Source of the DNA: Camelus dromedarius | Lineage: Eukaryota | Length of the DNA: 64,000 bases | Assembly: GCF_036321535.1 (NCBI RefSeq) | Contig: NC_087436.1 | Span: 85,438,001 to 85,502,000 of the forward strand | Direction of reading: 5' to 3' | In this document: in pieces, positions 40,881 through 54,750 of the stretch | How positions within the stretch are numbered: the stretch's first letter is position 1 | Layout of the letters: each line of letters starts with the position of its first letter | Position numbers and translations under genes: made by a program | The notes under the pieces: model-generated | The model's database searches: none | The model's input: the letters and a program-made list of their open reading frames with translations, nothing else | Told to the model about the DNA's origin: nothing

Positions 40881-43800
40881 TATTTTTAGGACTCGTTAGG
40901 AACACCTTGTCATTAGGCTTGTGGAGAAATCTGTCAGTCTTCAGACTCCAATCAGTATTAAGATCAACCCAAAATAAGATGCATTAGAAAAACAGGCTGG
41001 GAGAGCCCATTACAATATGCTCTTCTCTGCCCGCTCTCTTTGTCAGCCTCGTTTAGCCTGACCTTTGTAAACTCATCTGGGGCTTTTCTGTCATAGTTAA
41101 CTTTATGTTGTTTGGGAATTTTTGAGATGGCATCAGAACAAAGCAATCAATGAAAACACTTGTAATTATGTCTCTGAGTGTCTTCAAATTTTATAGAGAC
41201 ACGGTTTCTCAGGCAAATAGCCAGCAGTTGGGATGGGATGGCGAGGAAATCATTGCAAGTTAAAATCCTGGATTTTTAAGCAAAATCTAAGGAAAGTCTT
41301 TTTCCTTTGAATTAGCCAGCTAGCACTCCAATAGTCAGGCTCTGAGGCTTTTCTGTGCTTGGCAGGAGAAGATGCTTAAGGGTGAGCGATTGGCCAGTGA
41401 CATTTCAGCGAGGTGACGTTCTTTCTCTTCTGGTCTCCTCTATGCATCTTCCAGTCAGAAATACTTGAACACTGACAAGGTCTGATCTGAGAATCCGACA
41501 TGTATCCCCTGCTGAGGCAAATTGTGATGTGACGGCTTAGTGATGTAACTGCTCTCTTTAAAAGGATGTTGGCCACATTTTCCACCCTCTGATTTGTGAT
41601 GGCCAATTCCTAGAGACTGATTCACCCTATGTAGAAGCTCTAATGATTTCTCTTAAGTGACATCTCTTGTTCATTAAAAGTTAGTCTTAAGCTACTGCTG
41701 ACCTCCACTGCCTGCTGGGGTTCTTAGTCCACAGTCTTCCTTAGATCCTGCACTGTATGTAAAGTCCTGAGTCCATCCGAGGGGACAGTATGACTGCCTT
41801 GAGCATTTAGCGAACCAGATAATGGAGTCTGTGCAGTAGACTTAGGACGACAAGAACATAAGTGGCTTTGTGGCCAGCCGGAACCAAGTGGGACTGGAGG
41901 AGAGAGTCCGGGCGAGGTTGAGACAAAAACACAGCTTCCTCCATATCTTATCAACTGCCATTTTGTGTGATTTAAGACAGCCCAGTATTAAATTTTTTAA
42001 AAAAGTGTGTGGGGTGTGGAGCGGAGCAGGCACTAAACACCATGGTACTCATTTCCAGAGCTTTCAGGAGATAACGTCCACCAAGAGCTTTGTGGGGACA
42101 CTTAGGGTAGCCTTGCCCAGAGGCGAAATGATCATCACAAAGTGATCTTTACATTTCCTGATAAAACTCTCCCTCTTGCTACCAGCAGAAGCTGATGAGC
42201 ATCAAGTTTGAGCTAAGCACTAAAAGCAGCAGGGAGTGTTGAGATAAACCACCACAATTATTAACTTACTTGCTGTTTAATGGCATGAAAACCATCAGTA
42301 GTGTGGTGGGCCTGACCAGGTTCCCACAGTGACCCTGCCATCTTGCGGGCCCAGCTTACTAAGTTTTACTGGCAGCCCGCAGCTTGCGTAAATTGTACAG
42401 CCACCCCTGGGAAGGGTTAGTCCCTGAAAGGTGCAGGGCTGTCCCTCCTCAGACCAGCTTGCTTTCTAGCGCCAGGATGGATAGAGTGGTGGGTCAGTTT
42501 GAAAGTTGTCATTCGTATTTGCGGTTCTCTGAATTTTTTTTTTTTTCACTTTGTATCTCATGAGATACTGATATCCCCCTTCTCCTCCCTCTCCATTGTA
42601 CCCACCAACTGTGCAGACACGGTGCTTTTGATGGTCTGTATTGAGAACTGATGCTCTGGCAGATTTAATTTCCAAGAGCTTATTGAAGTCTTTTAAGCAG
42701 GTCCTATTTATAACAGCTTCCTTACTAAGAATGATTTTATGAATACACTTGCATGAAAAAAAACTTTTTGAAGCTTCTTGGCAACTTATAAAAGTGGAAT
42801 ATGTAGATCCTAGTGCCCCAAACTTTCCACAATGTACCAACCAAAAACATAAGATATTCAAATATTGCTTTCATTTGATAGTTATACCTAAAGTCAACAC
42901 TGACTGAAATACAGTGTAACTGTTGTATTAAAGATAACTCTTCACAAAACATTCTTTGAAAACACAAAATAAAAATTTTGGAATGATTGAGTAGATCCAT
43001 TCACATCCTTGGTCCTTAATGTGTTACGAATGTGCAAAATCCCATGGAACAGGCTTTGGATGGGTTTTGTTAGGTCCCCAAGAAACAGACATCAGTAGTG
43101 GTGCAATTTAGAGGCAAAGAACTCAGCCCAGGAGGAACCTATGTGGGAAAACCCCAAAGCAAATCCCTGCCTTGAAGATTTAAGGAAAACAACGATGGAG
43201 ATGTCTGCAAAGATGCATTTACCTGTCAAAATGCTTTCAGGTGCAGTGAACAGAAAACTCTGACTCAGATGGTTTGACCCTGAAAACCTTGGCTTGACCT
43301 TGGAATATCCTGGGGTTCAGTAGTTTTTGAACTCCCTAGCAATTCTGATTCACAGTGAAAGAAACACTGGTTTAAACTGAAAACAAATGTATGACCCCAC
43401 ACAACAAGAGTTGGGTGGTTGAAGCCCATGGTTTTGCCATTGAAGCACTGGACCGTGTGCCTGAGTAAACTGAGTTTATTATGAAGGAAAATCAAGTCTG
43501 GATGAGGGAGACCGTTCACTGTGAGTGATGAGGTGAACTGGAGTGACTTGTTTGGTTTTATCTTTCTTTTTACTGCCTTTTTTTCAAGTCATAAAAGTAA
43601 TATATGTTCCTTGTACAAAATTGTTAAAATTCAGGAAATTAAAATCACTTATAACTTTGTACCTAACATTATTCTTATTTGGTTTTAACCATATATATTT
43701 TAAATACATATAATAAATAATTTTATACATATTTAGTATATATGTGTATATTTAGAATATATATAGAGACTAAATGTTAATAACACAGAGACATGTATTT

Positions 43801-43904
43801 TGTATATATATGTGTGTATATTTGTATGTATAAGTACAAATAGATATATAAGGATATAATGGGATGTGGATATATATGGTGTTTTTTTGCATAATGATAT
43901 GCAT

Positions 43905-44025
43905 GGGGAGGAGGTAATTAGGTTTGTTTATTTAACTATTTATTTATTAATGGAGGTACTGGGAATTGAACCCAGGACCCGTGCATGCTAAGCACGTACT
44001 CTACCACTGAGCTATACCCTCCCCC
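43905..44025 (-). mobile_element. tRNA-Ala-derived SINE (camelid Vic-1-like) with aaataaacaaacctaattacctc tail
   Basis: Reverse complement has A-box TAGCTCAGTGG, AGC anticodon-like loop and B-box GGTTCAATTCC, followed by a SINE tail. Confidence 0.85.
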
Positions 44026-45169
44026 TTATGCGTGGTGTTTTGTAGATCTGCTTTTTCACTATAAATGTACTGTGAACATTTCCCCGTGTTAGTAAATACT
44101 CTTCTAAATCTTGATTTTTGGTGGTCACATAGTATTCCATTATTAAATGTATGATAATAATCAGTCACCTGTTGTTTGACATTTGGTTTTTACCCATGTT
44201 TGTTACATTATGAATATCAATTTATTAAGCATAGTGGTGTCACTTTTTTCTTTCTTTTAGAGATCTATTCCTAAAGGTGGAGTGGCAGACTTAAGGTTAA
44301 GAGTATTTTTAAAGCCTTTCATAACTGCTGCCAATATCAAGTGATACGAGTGGGGCAGTGCCTCAGGAAAGCAATTTAGCGAATGTATCTGGTCAGTTGT
44401 ATCAAAAACCTTAAAAATATTTATATCCACTAATCCTGTTCCTGGGAATTCATACAGAGGAATTAATCAGAATTAAACAAAAGTAGGAGAAGGCTATCTT
44501 CACTAAGATGTTGCTGGCAGCATCCTTTATGACAGAAAATGTTTGGAAACAATCTAAATACTTTAAAAAGATATTACTGGAAGGGTTGCAGATTACCTAA
44601 CTCTTATTTTTCAGATGTGGAAAACAAACTTTCTGAGAGTTCAAGTGACATCCTTAGGATCACATAGAAAGTTGAGGTGTTCTGACTCTCATTCCAGATT
44701 ATAGCAGGAAACTTCTAAAAGTTCAACTTACACCTCTCAAAATGTGAAACTATTTTCAGAATGAATATTCAACTCTTAATGATTTAATCTCTTTTTGTGG
44801 AAATAAAGTTTTCAAAATATGATTTAAATCTTTTTGCACAAGTATGAAATATTCAAAATATACTAATCCTACAAAAGTTAAAGTCTTATGAGACTTCAAG
44901 GCACTGAAGAATTACGTATGCTATCTGAGCTTTATTGTGCAATGCCTACATGATACTATTATTTTTAAAATCAGGAAACATAAAAATAATTTTTATGTAA
45001 AAGGTATACTTAAAAATAATGCTCTATAAGAAAATCTGTCTGTTCTGAACAAAGTAAAACATTAGTCATTATTTCTAGTTTCCTCTTAAATGACACAGGA
45101 ATGTAGAATGCATTAATTTAAAACTGTTCCAGTCTTCATCTTCCATATTAACTAGAATTTAAATTCTCT

Positions 45170-45835
45170 AAGATTAGTATTTTTTAAAAAAGTTATTATT
45201 ATTTAGATTTAATAATATATTTACCAATATTTTGTTTAGTGTTACTTTATGCATTCATTCATTTCTTACTTCTGGTTTCAATTTTTTTCTTGCATCCATT
45301 CTTTTCTATGAGAATTCATGCATTAAAAACTTCCTCCACCTCTGTTAGTCTAAAGATGTCTTTACCTCACCTTTGATTTTGAATGATTGTCCAGCCAGTT
45401 ATACAATTTGTTCTTAACAGTTTTTCATAATGAATGTATTATTCCATTACCTTCCGATACCTTTTGTTGCTGATGTCTACTGTCTAACTGCTGTGTCTTT
45501 GGAGATAACTGGTTTTTCTCCTTTGCAGCTTTAAGATTTCACTTTTTGAATATGATGTTTGTAGTTTTATCACAGTGAGCCTAGGTGTAGATTGATTTTT
45601 ATTTATACTGCTCAGGACCTGGTGTGCTCCTTCATCCTGAGGTCTCATTTATTTCTTCAACTCTAGAAAATTCGCAGCTGTAATCTCTTTGAATGTTGCC
45701 TCTCTTCTGCTCTCCGTTCTCTCTGGAATTTCTACGAGACGGACTGGAGATAGGGGATTTTTGCTCTACCTTCCAGATCTCCTTGATTTTTCTTTCATGT
45801 CTCTTATCTTTCGGTTCTCTCTGTGGCATTAAGGT
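45170..45835 (-). mobile_element. Old L1 ORF1-region remnant
   Basis: The minus-strand ORF 45632..45829 and flanks resemble degenerate L1 ORF1. Confidence 0.55.
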
Positions 45836-46254
45836 AGTTTACATTTCTGTGCTTTCTTCTCCTCATCGGTGACTTGTGGCTCAAACAATCCCCACAAACC
45901 ATGAACAAGTCAAATGGGTTGCGGTAGGCAGCCTCAAAGATGATCTCCAGTGATCTCTAAGGAGGAAAGAAAGAAGAAGGAGATGAAGGAGGAAAAGGAG
46001 GAATAGGAAGAGAGAGAAAGAACGAAGTCAGCATTCCTAACATTTTCTTTTTAAAGACATCTCTGCAAGTCCAATGTACAACAAAAATGTTCCAGACAGT
46101 GTGTAGCAATGAAGAATACCCACGCCTTCTGTTTGGAGATTTAGCCAGAAAAAAAGAGAAGGCCTGCTGTCCACCTATTCCAATATATTAAAAATGTTTT
46201 TTCTTAATGGTGAATATGTACAAAATAGCTCAAAATTAATGTTTTAAAGCATTA

Positions 46255-46705
46255 ACTGAGCAACAACATGGATGAAACCTATGATGTACTGTTGTAAGAC
46301 AGATGTAAGTGACAAAGGGATACTTATGGTTAGTGCTTGTGGTCAAAGTCCATTTATATGAAGTCCCAAGACAGGCAAACCCAAATTATATTGTTTTGGA
46401 GCATGTACATACTTATTAAAACTACAGAAGTCAATCAGGAATTTTTTTTTTATCACTAAAACTTGGAGAGTGACTAACTCTGATGAGGAAGCAGGGGAAT
46501 GTGATTTGGGAGAGTCATGTGGGGACTTTCAGGAACACTGACTACATTCAATTTCTTGAATTAGGTCATTGTTCTCAGAAGTAGATCTCTTTTGGGATTT
46601 GGGTCTCAAGATGGATATTAGCTTTATAATTACTATTTTAACTGTATGTAGAAATCTTATGCACTATTCTGAATTATGACATACCTTACATTAAAAAGAA
46701 AATAT
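46255..46705 (+). mobile_element. Old L1 3' end (L1MC/ME-like)
   Basis: gcaacaacatggatgaa...catttatatgaagt...aagacaggcaaa. Confidence 0.6.
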
Positions 46706-48629
46706 ATAGGAGTTTGATTTAATTTTTATTTTTGATCAATTTCTGTATCTAATGATATGCCATGTGTTTTCCAGAATAGATCTCTGATTTACAATACTGA
46801 ACTTGTATAACATGAGAGTCTATTTGCAACAGCTTGACATTTTGACGGTGACCTAGAAATCACTTGTCCTAACTCTGACCCATGTATTGGTAGATACTCA
46901 TTTCTAAACAAGGTCCCAGCTAGCTAGGAAGGTTTTCAACATGGAGAAGAGGGACACTGACCAGGAGTGGTGGATCACACTGAAGAGAAAGTTTAGCTAC
47001 TTCCTGACTCTGCAGGGTGAGCTTCTTTCCCAGGTCAGTGATTCCTCTGTCCTCATATGGGCACTATTCTTGTGCTATTGTTTAGGGATGGTTGTGATCA
47101 GAGCAGGATCATGTATACACATCCAGTGTTCAAACAGACCTCCACTGGAGAGAGCAACAGCATTCAGGAGTGTCCATTAGGGGTATGGAGAACAACAGCC
47201 CCCTAGGAGTAGTCCTTTCATGAGAACAGATACTTTGAAAAAAAAAAAAAGCAAAACAAAAAACCAAGAATAATAATGCTGGGGCAACTATTTCTACTAG
47301 AGGTAGGAAGAGCTTTCTGGTTTGGACAGTCTTGTATTTACTAGAGGGTGAGGAAGGAAGAGGCCAAAGGCCAGGGAGGATGTGCTTCCTTCCTTCTTTT
47401 AATTGTTTAGGCAGTTACTATACACACACACACACACACACGCACACACCATGGTCTACAGTTGGTGTTTGCCAAGAGCAGATTCTCCATAAATGCACAC
47501 GGGGAAAAGCGTCCTAACTACATGATAGTCTCCCACATTTATTTCTGTGGTATTCTGCACAGAGCACGTGCACCTTAGCCTATGATAAGTGTTGTAAATA
47601 AGCTTTGGAGCCAGGCAGCATGTATTTGAATGCTTTGGGTCTTACTAGCAGTATATCATTTGGTAAATTGTTTATCTTAGCTAAGCACGGGTTTTCTCAT
47701 TTTCATGTTTACCTTTCAGGATTATTGCAAGGATAGGCAACAAGGTAAGGCATTTAACATGGTCCCCAGCTTTATAGTACTCGCTCAATAAATAGTAGTC
47801 ACAGTTTTGGTTGTTCTTTTACTGGAAAAACATATTAACCATTTGGACAATGATATAAAATTCTATATTTAATCAAGACCTTGCTGGAAGTTGTTTCCAC
47901 TGATGCTGAGTAGAGAGGGCAGTTGAAATGTGTGGATAACTTATTCTGAAATTTATTCCAGGATTTCCAACAAGAGAGAACATCATTTATTCATTCATTT
48001 GTTCAACAAATATTTAACCAGGCTTTACTTTGTGCTAGACACTGTACTAAAATGCTGGAGATAAAATGGTGAGCGAGAGAAATAGGTTTCTGCCTTCCTG
48101 GAGTTGATAGTACAGAGGACTTTTTCCCCCATGTATCCTTTTTAGGGCCACAAAGAAAACATTCTTTGAGCTAGGTAAGAATGATGAGATCCTCTGAGAT
48201 GTCCATTTGGAGATCTTATCCTCCGAAATGGCCTCTCGGTCTGAGTGTCTTTGGAAGCAATGCTTGCTGCATTTGGGCATCCCTTGCTGAATCCCAAACA
48301 GGCCACTCTAGCCATGAACAGGCCATGGCAAATTCAGTCAAGGAAATCTGCAACTTCAGGAACCTGGACATTTCCGACCTATTTTGGAAGGATTTAGAAA
48401 CCACTTAATATAGATATCCTGTAAAATTCCATTACTACTGGGATCTTTGTTTAATCAGTTTTTATAGAAGCATTTTCTTCTGTCTATAGAGCAAGAATCA
48501 TAGCAAAGAAAAAGGAGAAGCTCCCTGACTACTCACTCCCTGCCTGCCTGCCCCTCTTCCACTTTTCTAAAAATGAAAAAAATGGCTCCTTTTTAGAAAA
48601 AAATGGCTCCTTTTTAGAAAAAAATTTTC

Positions 48630-51600
48630 CCAGTATTTTAATATGAAAAATTTCAAGTTACAACATAGTTGAGAGAATTTACAGTGAGCAACACTACACC
48701 CTCCACCTAGAGTCTACCATTAACATCTAATTTGCTCTATTGCGTATCTATTTTTTTATCTATCCATCCATTAATGCATCTTTTCTTTATTGCATTGCAA
48801 AGTATATTGCAAATATCAGTATGTTTCTCTATAAACACTTCAGTTTACATGTTTCTCTATAAACACTTCAGTTTAAGTAGAGTTCAGAATTTGTTTGCAG
48901 TTTTTTCTTCTGAAATTAAAAATGTAAACAAAACAAATCTTTATCTATCTATCTACTGATTTTGACAGTTCATAAACTTGTGTAACCCAAATGTCTTTCA
49001 GGACATAGAACAGTACTATCAGGCCTAGGAATTTGTTTGATGCCCTTCACAGTCAATCTCTGCCAACTCCCACCCCCACCAAACTCAACCACAGTTCTGA
49101 TTTTTTTCCACCATAGATTAGTTTACCCTGTTCTAGAATTTTGTATAAATGGGGTCATATAGTATACACTCTTTGTGTAAGACTTTCCACTCAGCATAAT
49201 ATTTTTGTTTCAACCCTATTGTTTTGTGTATTAGTGGTTCATTCCTTTATATTACTGAGTAGCATTCCTTTCTATGACTATGCCATAGTTTATCTATTTT
49301 CCTATTTATGAACATGTGGGCTGTTTCCAGTTTTTGGTTTTTATAAATACAGCCACTATGAACATTCTTGTACGAGTCCTTTGTGAACATCTGTTTTTAT
49401 TTCTTTTGGGCAAATACCTAGGAGTGGAATTGCTGGGTCAAAGATAGGTATATGTTTAACTTTCTAAGATATTGTCAAACTGTTTTCCAAAGTGGATGTA
49501 CCATTTTACAATTACTCAATAAATACATAAGAGTTGAAGTTGATTTATATTGGGGATTGGTAAACTTTTGCTGTTAAGGGCCAGAGAGTGAATATTTTAG
49601 GCTTTTTGAACCATATGGTCTCTGTTGCAGCTACGTAACTCGGTAATGCGAAAGCAGTAGTAGACAATTTATAAATAAAGCAATGACTGTGGTTGTGTTA
49701 TAATAAAACTTTATTTACAAAAACAGGTGGTAAGCTGGCAGTAGTTTGTCAATCCACCTCTGTACCTTCACCAGCATTTGGTGTCAGTCTCTTTAATTGT
49801 AGCCATTCAAGTTGGTGTGAACTAGTAAGTCACTGTGGTTTTAAGTTGTATTTCCCTGATGACTAATCTTTTATAAAGTGTTTGCTTAAGTCTTATGCCC
49901 ATTTTTAAACCATACTATTGATCGTTGAGTTGTAGGAGTTCTTTACGTTCTGGAAGCAGTCCTTTGCTAGATCAATAAATTGCAAATAATCTCTTCAAGT
50001 CTGAGGATTGCCTATTCATTTGCTTGGCAAGGTCTTCTGACGAGTATAGATTTTGACTCATAAAGTCCAATTAAGCACTATTTTCCTATGGTTAATGCTT
50101 TTTGGGCACTGCCTAATAAATTGTTACTTACCCCAAAGTCATGTGAATATTTCTTGCTTTCTTCTGGACGCTTTATAGGTTTTGTTTTTATATTGAAATA
50201 TACTATCCACTGCAAATCACTTTTGTGTATATTGTGACATAATGAGTGAGATTCTTTTCTCCCCATAGAATTATACAGTTGGTCTAGCATCATTTGTTGA
50301 AAAGATACCTTTATTGAAAATCAGTTGACTCTGTATATGTAGGTGTATTTCCCATTCCTTTTGTTCCATCAGTCTATTTGTCTATCTTGACACAAATGCC
50401 AATACCATATTGTCTGCGTAGGGCCTCCATTATCATATTGAATAGAAGAGATGAGTGCAGACAACCTCACTTTGTCTCCAACCTTCAGAGAAGGATCCAA
50501 TATTTCAATATTAAACAATATGTAAGCTTTAAATTGTTCATAGGTGCTCTTTATCAGGTTAAAATTTCCCTTCTGTGACTAGTTTGTGAAGAAGTTTTAT
50601 TTTTTCCCAAGACTTGACATTAAATTTTGTCAAATACTTTTTCTGTGTCTATTTATATGATCATATGATTAAGCTCCTTTATTTTGTTAATGTGATGATT
50701 TATACCAATTGATTTTCAAATGCTAAAACAATCTTGCATTCTTGGAATATGCCTCACTTGGTTTTGATGAATTAAAATTTTTGTATATTGTTGGATTCAT
50801 TTGCTGGGAAAGAATATTTGTGTCTAGCTTAATGAAAGATACCGATCTACATTTTTTTTCTTCAAGTATTGGTATCAAAAATGTGGGAAAGGTTTTAATT
50901 ACAAATTCAATTACTTTAAAAGATATAAAGTAATTTAGATATTCTATTTCTTCTTGTGTCACAGCTTCTTGTGAAAAAGCTGTGTTTTTCAAGGATTTGT
51001 CCATTTCATCTAAATTTTCAAATTTATTAGTATGAATACATTCATGTTATCTCCCTATTTTCCTCTTAATAATTCTAGAATTTGAGCAATGTGCCCTCTT
51101 TCAAGTCAGGTATTGGTAATTTATGTTTTCTTTCTTTTTTTGCTGACCATTTTGCTAAGAGTTTTTCAAATTTATTAATCTCTCTGAAGGACAAACTTTT
51201 GTTTGTGTTGATAGACTCTATTATTTATTTTCTATTTTATGGATTTTATACTTGTCATTATTATTCCTCTTTTCTTATTTTTCTCTTTTTTATTTAGCTT
51301 CTTAAAGTGAAAGAATAGCTCACTTATTTTATTCTTCCTTATTTTTTAATATGAGTATTTAAGTGATTACTATTTTTCCAAAGCACTACTTTAGCACTGA
51401 TTTTGAAATATTATATTTTATTGCCATTTAGTTTAAATATTTTCTAATTTTCCTTGTGATTTATTCTTTGAGCCAAGATTATTTAGAATTCATGTTGCTT
51501 AATTTCCAGATATGGGTTTTTTTTTTCTAGATGTATTTTTGTATTGATTTCTAATTAAATTTCATTGTGCTTAAATAACATACTTTGTAATATTTCAGTC

Positions 51601-52100
51601 CTTTAGACTTTATTAAGACTTGTTTTATGGCCAAGACGTAGTCTATCTTAGTAAATATTTGATAGACGCTTGAAAAAAATGTATATTCTATGGTGTTGAA
51701 TTTAGTGTCCTATATATGTTAGTTAGCTTTTAGTGTTGATCAAATATTCTATATCCTTACTAACTTTTAGTCACTTGTTCTATCAATAACTGTTAAAATC
51801 TTCAACTGTAATTGTGATTTTCTTTCTTTCTTTGATTCATAATTAAATTTTTGCTTTATAATTGTAAAGCCTTACTATTAGGCATATACACATTTAGGAT
51901 TTGTTTTGTTTTCTTGATGAACTAAGCAATTTATCATTATGAAGTATCTTTCTTTATGTGTAGTAATACTCCTTGTCCTAAAGTCTACTTTACCTGACAT
52001 TAATATATTCACTCAACTTTCTTATGATTAATGTTTATACATTTTTTTCATTCTTTACTTTTACCCTGTCAATATCTTTCTATTTAAAGTTTCTCTTGTG
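48630..52100 (-). mobile_element. Long degenerate L1 (3'UTR and ORF2), antisense
   Basis: aaatacctaggagtggaattgctgggtca, ttttccaaagtgg, catttgttgaaaaga and other L1 hallmarks; no intact ORF. Confidence 0.85.
49552..49757. mobile_element. MER58-like hAT-Charlie MITE nested in the L1
   Basis: ggggattggtaaactt...aagggccaga...aataaaactttatttacaaaaacagg...gtagtttgtcaatcc. Confidence 0.75.
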
Positions 52101-52231
52101 CAATACTATAAAGCTACAGTAATCAAAACAATGTAGTAATGGCACAAAAACAGACATATGGATCAACGGAATAGGGTAGAGAGCCCAGAAATAAATCCAC
52201 ACACCTAGGGTCAATTAATTTTTGATGAAGG

Positions 52232-52357
52232 CACAGAGAAAAAAATGTGACAATGAACATATATATATGTTCATGTATAACTGAAAAATTGTGCTCTACA
52301 CTGGAATTTGACACAACATTGTAAAATGATTATAAATCAATAAAAAAATGTTAAAAA
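52232..52357 (+). mobile_element. Short young L1 3' terminus nested in the L1, flanked by TSD tttttgatgaagg
   Basis: Duplication at 52219-52231 and 52363-52375; insert nearly identical to 54620-54750. Confidence 0.85.
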
Positions 52358-53253
52358 TTTTTTTTTTGATGAAGGAAGCAAGAATAAACAATAGAGAAAG
52401 ACAGTGTCTTTGACAAGTGATGTTGGGAAAGCTGGACAGCTGCATGTTAGAACATTCCCTCACATCATACACAAAAACTCAAAATGGCTTAAAGACTCAA
52501 ACATATGATAAGACACCATAAGTCTCCTAGAAGAGATCATAGGCAAAACATTCTCTGATATAAATCATAGCCATGTTCTCCTTAAGCAGTCTACCAAACG
52601 AATAGAAATAAAAGCAAAAATAAAAAAATGGGACCTAATTAAACGTATGAGCTTTTGCACAACAAAGGAAACCATAAGTAAAACAAAAAACAGTCTACAG
52701 AATGGTAGAAAATATTTGCAAATGATGCGACTGACAAGGGCTTAATCTCCAGAATATACAAACAGCTCATACAACTCAATAACAAAAAACCAATCCAAAA
52801 ATGGGCAGAAGTCCTAAGCAAACATTTCTCCAGTGAAGATGTACAGATGGCCAATAGACACATGAAAAAATGCTCAGTATTGCTAGTTATCAGAGAAATG
52901 CAAATCAAAACTTCAATGAGGTATCACCTCACACCAGTCAGAATGGCCATCATTAAAAAGCCCACAAACAATAAATGCTGGAGAGGGTGTGGAGAAAAGG
53001 GAACCCTCCTACAGTATTAGTGGGAATGTAGTTTGGTGCAGCCATTATGGAAAACTATGCAGATTCCTTAAAAAACTGAAAATAGACTTACCCTAGAATC
53101 CAGCAATCCTACTCCTGGGCAAGTATCTGGAGGAAACTCTAATTCAAAAAGGTACATGCACCCCAATGTTCATAGTAGCACTGTTTACAACAGCCAAGAC
53201 ATGGAAGCAACCTAAATGTCCATCAACAGATGACTGGATAAATAAGGTGTTGT

Positions 53254-53255
<2 letters not shown>

Positions 53256-53288
<33 letters not shown>
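53256..53288. repeat. (AC)n microsatellite, ~16 units
   Basis: Perfect acac run. Confidence 0.95.
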
Positions 53289-53290
<2 letters not shown>

Positions 53291-54503
53291 GGAATACTGC
53301 TTAGTCTGTCTCATCATCCAGTGACGAGAGCCTGTATATGGTGAAGATTCAGTGGAGATTTGGAATAGAAGACTTGAGGCTATTTGACCTTGAGGTCTCA
53401 GATTGCATTTGTGGCATCAAATAGTGCTCCAGGCAAGCATCTTCCCTTCATATGAAGATCATTACTAGCAAGAAACAAGGAGGTGGCCATATTCCAAAGA
53501 CCACATGTATCCCATTTCCCCAGAATGATTAAGGCAAGCTTCCATTGCCTTCTAAAAACCACCTGCCAGATTTTAGGGGCTGTTTTATTTTCCCTCTCTT
53601 TTTTTCCTTTAAATAAGATTTCTTCAAAAGGGCAAGCATTGGTTGGCTTGTAGTTTTCTGTTTTCTAACCCAGGCTGAAGACAGGGAATATGACTAAAAT
53701 TTGTTTGTTGGGGATTTTTTTTCAATAACTGGCTTGTATGTTATTTTCTTTCTGTGCTTCTCTGAGCTATTTTGTATTAAAAGCCAAATAGATGTTTTTT
53801 ACAAGGCAAAAAAATGTGTTTTTAATTTCAGATTTTACTTGTTCATTGAGAACTCTCAGAGTTGCCCACACTCAGCCTCCAGAGATTTGTCACAGTCCAG
53901 GTTTTTCTACCCAGGCAGTGTTTCCCACAGAAGCTTCCACTTATGAGTTTCTGCTCCAATAAGTTGTGACTCTCTGTATTCACCTGTTTCTCCAATTTGA
54001 GGTCATAAAGGGACTTTCAGCTGAGCATATTCGTAACTTAACACATAGAAACGTTCTCTCTCCCCACCCCTCTCTCTCCTGCTAGAGTTTAGGATATCAT
54101 GATAAAAAATTATAAAATATTTTACATAAAACTGTATATAACATTTTTTATATTAAAAAAATTTGAATACCAATATTAAATTCCTAAGGTATCATTTCTC
54201 GTTCAAGTGTGCATTTTAACAAACTAACATCCTATTTTATATCATATTACATTAGATTTCTTTCATTGTTTAACCTTTGAATGTCTGTTATTTACATAAT
54301 CAAAAATGTAAAAAGCCTATGAAATGAGGTCATTGCTCAGGAGAAAAGAAGATTTGGAGGTAGCATAGATGATTGTTTTCAAGTGTGGAAAGATACAGTG
54401 TGCAGAAATCAATGCAATATCTCTTTGCCACTTCATCCGAAATCTAAAAAGAGATGTCCGTTAACCTCACTGAGCTGGGACTTAGCATACCCTATGAATT
54501 TTA

Positions 54504-54750
54504 GGTTGCCAAGGGGGCGAGGGATGGGAAGGGACAAACAGGGATTTCAAAATTGTAGAATAGATAAACAAGATTATACTGTACAGCACAGGGAAATATA
54601 TACAAGATCTTATGGTAGCTCACAGAGGAAAAAAAATGTGACAATGAATATATATGTTCATGTATAACTGAAAAATTGTGCTCTACGTTGGAATTTGACA
54701 CAGCATTGTAAAATGATTATAAATCAATAAAAAATGTTAAAAAAAAATAA
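54504..54750 (+). mobile_element. 5'-truncated young L1 3' end
   Basis: ggttgccaaggggg...tatactgtacagcacagggaaatata...aataaaaaatgttaaaaaaaaa. Confidence 0.85.

Larger units (their letters stand above)
52103..53304 (+). mobile_element. Younger L1 ORF2 3' fragment, sense
   Basis: aaagctacagtaatcaaaaca...atgaggtatcacctcacaccagtcagaatggcc...aatgtccatcaacagatga. Confidence 0.92.

Noticed and set aside
43951..44025. tRNA-Ala(AGC) gene on the minus strand
   Set aside because: It is followed by a SINE tail and a related copy exists at 33185-33261, so it is a SINE head.
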